The position numbers and the translations under genes are program-made. From Deltaproteobacteria bacterium (lineage in GTDB: Bacteria > Desulfobacterota > Desulfobacteria > Desulfobacterales > JAUVVS01): a DNA stretch of 29,813 nt. This document shows positions 26,286-29,813 of the stretch, one piece after another. Position 1 is the stretch's first letter, and each line of letters opens with the position of its first letter. Below the pieces are notes generated by a model. The model did not search any database. It had not been told where the DNA came from and saw only the letters and a program-made list of their open reading frames with translations. The stretch is taken from positions 1 through 29,813 of the forward strand of contig JAUVVS010000001.1 in the NCBI GenBank assembly GCA_030604545.1. The letters are read 5' to 3'.

Positions 26286-27041
26286 ATGAACGACAATCAT
26301 TATCAGAAATTGGTTCAAGAAAAAGGGAATACTAAGCTTGCCAGTTGCGGTTACACAGACCGCTTCGATCCCTTCGTATTAAACAAGAATTCCCGTCTCC
26401 GGGAGTTGTATGGTGGTTTGTTCAGTTCATTTCTGAACGATATTCCCTGCAATAAGTTGTTGGATATAGGTTGTGGTACCGGGATCTACTTTGACGTCCT
26501 TGCCACCTATTCAGATCACATCGAGGCAATAGACCTTTCCAAAGAAATGATACAAGTGGCGCGGGAATATTGCCTACAGAATGGTTTGACAAATATCCAT
26601 CCTCGGATGGGCTCAGCGGAATTTCTTGAGTACGAGGATGAAAGGTTTGATGTTGTTATTGAACTCGATGTGCTTCATCATATTAGCGATTTAAAAAAAA
26701 CTCTGTCTGAGATCTACCGGGTGCTAAAGCCCGGCGGCCATTTTCTTGTCTTTGAACCAAACATTTGCAATCCTTTGATGTTTCTTGCCCATGCTCTGCC
26801 TGTAGAGGAGCGCCTGGCTCTTGGGCGTAACCGACCAGGGAAATTGATCACATTGCTTGAGGAACGATTTGACACTGTTCACTGGGAGGGTGTCTGTGCC
26901 TTGATCACACACACCAAAGGGGTTAAGCGATTCATTTTAGATAGATATTTAAAGCTTTGGAAACTCTCTGGCGTGAAACGATGTTACCCACGGCAGGCTT
27001 GGTTGGGAATTAAATCAATAGATTCAAAAAATGGACTTTAA
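26286..27041 (+). CDS. Class I SAM-dependent methyltransferase (Methyltransf_11-type)
   Basis: LLDIGCGTG, IDLSKEMI, FDVV...DVLHHI, EIYRVLKPGG.F...EPN. Confidence 0.88.
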   Translation: MNDNHYQKLVQEKGNTKLASCGYTDRFDPFVLNKNSRLRELYGGLFSSFLNDIPCNKLLDIGCGTGIYFDVLATYSDHIEAIDLSKEMIQVAREYCLQNGLTNIHPRMGSAEFLEYEDERFDVVIELDVLHHISDLKKTLSEIYRVLKPGGHFLVFEPNICNPLMFLAHALPVEERLALGRNRPGKLITLLEERFDTVHWEGVCALITHTKGVKRFILDRYLKLWKLSGVKRCYPRQAWLGIKSIDSKNGL

Positions 27042-28491
27042 AGTTACACTCATAAACCCACCACTGGTGTATAACGCTGGTGATGCCTATGGCAGTATTC
27101 CTTTTATGCCAACCGGTTTATTGTATCTGGCAGGATATTTGGAATCAAACGGTGTAGATGTTTCCATCATTGACGGGTTTGGCTTATCTCCACGCCAGTT
27201 TTACCAAATTGACAGCAAACTTATTGGCAATGGGTTAAGAGAGGAAGAGATAGCCGAACGCCTTGACGGTGAAAAACTCGTGGGTATCTCTGTTCATTCC
27301 GGCATGTCTCATTCGATTGCGCTGCGATTGGCCCAAACTATCAAGAAACGACTTCCTTCGGTTACTCTGGTCGCCGGTGGAAGCCAAGCGAGCGTGGTTT
27401 ACAAAGATTTCCTTGAAGGAGGGTTTGACTACGTTTGCATTGGAGAGGGGGAAAATTCTCTTTTTGCCTTGGTGAAATATCTTCGAGATGGGCAAGGAAG
27501 TCTCTCAAGCATACCGGGTTTGGCCTATCACGGGATGGCACCGAGTCCATGCGTTTTCGAAGAGGACCTTGACCATTTTGCATTTGGCGCATTGCAGATG
27601 CTTCCATTGCATATCTACTGGAGCTTTGGAATGCAGCATGCACCAACCCAGGGGAAATTCATGGTAATAACTACCTCGCGAGGATGTATTTACAACTGCC
27701 GTTTTTGTACTACACCGAAACTTCACGGACGTAAATGGCGAACACGGTCGGCCAAAAACATCGTAGATGAAATACAATCAGCCGTTGAAAGTTACGGAAT
27801 TGAAGATGTTATCATTCAAGATGAACTTTTTGGCTTTCGAAAAGAAAGCGCGCGTGATTTTGCTTATGAGATTATAAACCGCAATCTGAAGATACGAATT
27901 TCTCTACCATCTGGAATGAAGGTAGAGACAACCGACGAAGAGACGCTTGCCTTATTAAGACAGGCCGGATTACATTATTTAGTTTTTGCTCCTGAAAGCG
28001 GCTCGAAACGCGTACTTAAAAAAATGAATAAGCCGATGAATTTCGAAAAGCTGTTCCGTTTGGTCTCGTTTGCTGGTGACATAGGAATTAAAGTGGGGTG
28101 CTTTTTCGTCATTGGCTTTGAAGATGAAAACGATGAAGACCGGAGAATGACCAAAGATTTGGTGGTGAAGCTGACAAAGTTGGGGGTGGATGAGGTAAGC
28201 CTGTTTATCTGGTCGCCTCTGCCGGGCGCAGCTGCGTTTGAAAGCGAAACCGGCTGGTCTCGATACGAGGATCTGAACTGGAGCCCTACGTGGCGCAAGG
28301 ATTACAATAAACTAAATAAATTCCGCAACAAATTGTATAAACGGTGGCTTCTTACAAAAGTTTTCTATCACCCTGTCAACTCTATGCGGCTGGCTTTCAA
28401 CGTCTTTACCGGTCGTTTCCAACTCAAAAGCGAGATGGCTTTCCATCGAGTGCTACGCTCTTATTTAAACAAAAACAGTACCCCACCTTGA
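27031..28491 (+). CDS. B12-binding domain radical SAM protein (class B methyltransferase-like)
   Basis: N-terminal PTGLLYLAGYL, VGISV, VAGGSQ, DYVCIGEGE cobalamin-binding signatures; TSRGCIYNCRFC (CxxxCxxC at 27685-27708), R.RS..NIVDE, ESGS.RVL..MNK, F.IGF..E. Confidence 0.92.
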   Translation: MDFKVTLINPPLVYNAGDAYGSIPFMPTGLLYLAGYLESNGVDVSIIDGFGLSPRQFYQIDSKLIGNGLREEEIAERLDGEKLVGISVHSGMSHSIALRLAQTIKKRLPSVTLVAGGSQASVVYKDFLEGGFDYVCIGEGENSLFALVKYLRDGQGSLSSIPGLAYHGMAPSPCVFEEDLDHFAFGALQMLPLHIYWSFGMQHAPTQGKFMVITTSRGCIYNCRFCTTPKLHGRKWRTRSAKNIVDEIQSAVESYGIEDVIIQDELFGFRKESARDFAYEIINRNLKIRISLPSGMKVETTDEETLALLRQAGLHYLVFAPESGSKRVLKKMNKPMNFEKLFRLVSFAGDIGIKVGCFFVIGFEDENDEDRRMTKDLVVKLTKLGVDEVSLFIWSPLPGAAAFESETGWSRYEDLNWSPTWRKDYNKLNKFRNKLYKRWLLTKVFYHPVNSMRLAFNVFTGRFQLKSEMAFHRVLRSYLNKNSTPP

Positions 28492-28587
28492 ATTCGTACA
28501 TGCAGGTCTGATTACCCAAGGCGAAAACGATAAGAACTCTTCTTGCCAGTCTCCGTTGGGCTGGCCAACCCTCCGTGTTACATTCAC

Positions 28588-29813
28588 ATGAATTTTGTAA
28601 ATTATATGTCTGATGTCCTTTACATAGGAATTGCGGGATTAGGATGTATTGCCCTGCTAAGTTGCCAAGCCAAAAAATGGTACATGCTGTGGGTTGTCCT
28701 TGCTGTGTTTGCCGCGGTGATTATTTGGAAACAATTGTTGCCAGCTGGGCCAGTAGCGCAACTGTTGCCCGCCATTGTGGTCATGTTTCTCTTGCCGGGA
28801 TTTTTAGTTCTGGAGTTGGCATTTCCAGCTTTGGCACGAAAAATTGGTCCTCTGGAGCGTGGTCCGTTGCTGTTCGGCCTTTCCATGGGGATCTGGACGT
28901 TAATTGCGGCAGTAGCCTATCGGGCACAGCTGTCCAGTGACCTGGTAATCGGTGGTGTTCTGGTCGGCGATATACTTGGCCTGGTAGCGATTTTTATTAC
29001 TATGTTCCGATATAAAGATTCAAAACCTCTTCCCGAGGAAAATGATCAGCTTGACTATGTTAAGTTATCCTATTTTATATGCTTGATTGTCATTCTGCTG
29101 ATTGTTGCAGGAGTGGTTGGCTTCAGTGCTGAATTTCAACGGTATGATTTTGATTCCAGCTTTCATTTGGCAGGTTACCATAAGATTGCCGATAACGTCA
29201 AAATCATAGGTGGCAATGCATTTTTAGGACCTGAATATTCTTATTTAACACACTATATTGCTCATCCATGGTACCTGGTATTCGGTTTGTCTGCTCGTCT
29301 GGCTCACACAAATGTTGCTTGGCTCTACGTATGTCTTGCGACCATACTAACACCCCTGTTTTTTCTTAGTTTTTATTCCCTGTTAAAAGTGCTGACGAAA
29401 GACAATTGGATAGCGATAATTGGAACCTTGCTGGTCATAGGTCCCTGGGTTTCCAAAATGGCATTAAGTTGGGGACCACCTATGGGTACTTTCTATCTTC
29501 AGTTTTTGCCTTACCCGGGCACATATACCCAATTAATATTGTTTCCTTTGTGGCTTGCTTATTGTTTCCGGTACATACGCTCTCGAACATCAGAGGAGTG
29601 GGCTGTAGTAGTCTTATTGGCTATAGCTGCAATGGGAGGCCATCCTGAATGTCTTTTAGTGGTACCCTACAGTATCGGTATTTTATTTATTGTTTCGATG
29701 TTTTTCCTTACCACGCGCCGTGACAGGATTAAAACCCTTGCTCTTGTTGCTGTGATCGTCATTTTTGCGGCTATAATCGCTTATCTGACACTTAACCCGG
29801 TTGGCAAGGAATT
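28588..29813 (+). CDS. Multi-pass membrane protein, probable GT-C-like glycosyltransferase; 3' end outside window (absent from ORF track)
   Basis: Manual translation shows no stop from ATG 28588 (alternative 28606) to the window end: MNFVNYMSDVLYIGIAG...VMFLLPGFLVLE...FQRYDFDSSFHLAGYHKI...HPWYLVFG...GGHPECLL...; many TM segments and a D..FH loop motif. Confidence 0.75.
   Translation, partial: MNFVNYMSDVLYIGIAGLGCIALLSCQAKKWYMLWVVLAVFAAVIIWKQLLPAGPVAQLLPAIVVMFLLPGFLVLELAFPALARKIGPLERGPLLFGLSMGIWTLIAAVAYRAQLSSDLVIGGVLVGDILGLVAIFITMFRYKDSKPLPEENDQLDYVKLSYFICLIVILLIVAGVVGFSAEFQRYDFDSSFHLAGYHKIADNVKIIGGNAFLGPEYSYLTHYIAHPWYLVFGLSARLAHTNVAWLYVCLATILTPLFFLSFYSLLKVLTKDNWIAIIGTLLVIGPWVSKMALSWGPPMGTFYLQFLPYPGTYTQLILFPLWLAYCFRYIRSRTSEEWAVVVLLAIAAMGGHPECLLVVPYSIGILFIVSMFFLTTRRDRIKTLALVAVIVIFAAIIAYLTLNPVGKE

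Noticed and set aside
4273-26700. Homopolymer runs of 7-8 nt (e.g. T8 near 9047-9054, A8 near 26693-26700) as phase-variation tracts
   Set aside because: Short A/T runs in AT-rich sequence, all ORFs are intact, and no long poly-G/C or tandem repeats are present.
27031-28491. Assignment of the B12 radical SAM enzyme as hopanoid HpnP/HpnJ or BchE
   Set aside because: No squalene-hopene cyclase, hpn or bch genes nearby; motifs support only the broad class B family.
6488-28515. Identical 10-mer GTCTGATTAC in two intergenic spacers (6488-6497 and 28506-28515), each before a membrane-protein gene
   Set aside because: Only two copies, non-palindromic, flanks do not align; a shared 10-mer among roughly 1 kb of spacer sequence is plausible by chance.
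28544-28565. Hairpin GCCAGTC-TCCGTTG-GGCTGGC in the last spacer as a terminator
   Set aside because: No following T tract and it lies just upstream of a co-directional gene; the function cannot be supported.
118-29648. The many short alternative-frame and minus-strand ORFs in the track (e.g. 118-525, 2571-3011, 19450-19866, 24501-25067, 28620-28886, 28644-28940, 29406-29648)
   Set aside because: All lie within or largely overlap well-supported + strand genes, show no recognisable motifs and lack RBSs; best explained as shadow ORFs.
1-29813. CRISPR arrays, tRNA/rRNA, IS transposases, JUMPStart/ops element, promoters
   Set aside because: No spaced direct repeats, RNA-gene signatures, transposase ORFs or GGCGGTAG-type ops site were seen in the short spacers; the operon start lies upstream of the window.

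Overview
One uninterrupted, + strand, tightly coupled surface-glycan biosynthesis cluster of a bacterium (taxon not assignable from sequence alone): 25 complete CDS plus partial CDS at both edges. It reads as three blocks. (A) 1-8062: GDP-sugar block with a DegT-family aminotransferase (partial), SAM methyltransferase, GT4, NDP-hexose C-methyltransferase, GDP-mannose-hydrolase-type NUDIX, a Gmd-like SDR lacking the catalytic Glu, an HP-motif GT-B protein and an O-antigen ligase/polymerase-family protein. (B) 8068-21072: CDP-deoxysugar and lipid-carrier block with rfbF/rfbG/rfbH, an RmlC-type epimerase, two NDP-4-ketoreductase-like SDRs, two GtrB-like polyprenyl-phosphate glycosyltransferases, two GT-C membrane transferases and a DprE1/DprE2-like pair. 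(C) 21096-29813: tailoring block with an ATP-grasp ligase, DUF362, GT4, a UGM-like flavoprotein, SAM methyltransferase, B12-binding radical SAM enzyme and a further GT-C-like membrane protein that runs off the window and is missing from the ORF track. No tRNA, rRNA, CRISPR or transposase was seen; one solitary REP/dRS3-like palindrome lies before rfbG. The most interesting hypothesis (inference, not shown) is a mycobacterial-style pathway in which CDP-(di)deoxyhexoses, possibly ring-contracted to furanoses, are loaded on a polyprenyl phosphate, 2-epimerised on the lipid by a DprE1/E2 pair with altered active-site residues, and transferred outside the cytoplasm by GT-C enzymes. All family calls come from motif recognition by eye; no database search was run.
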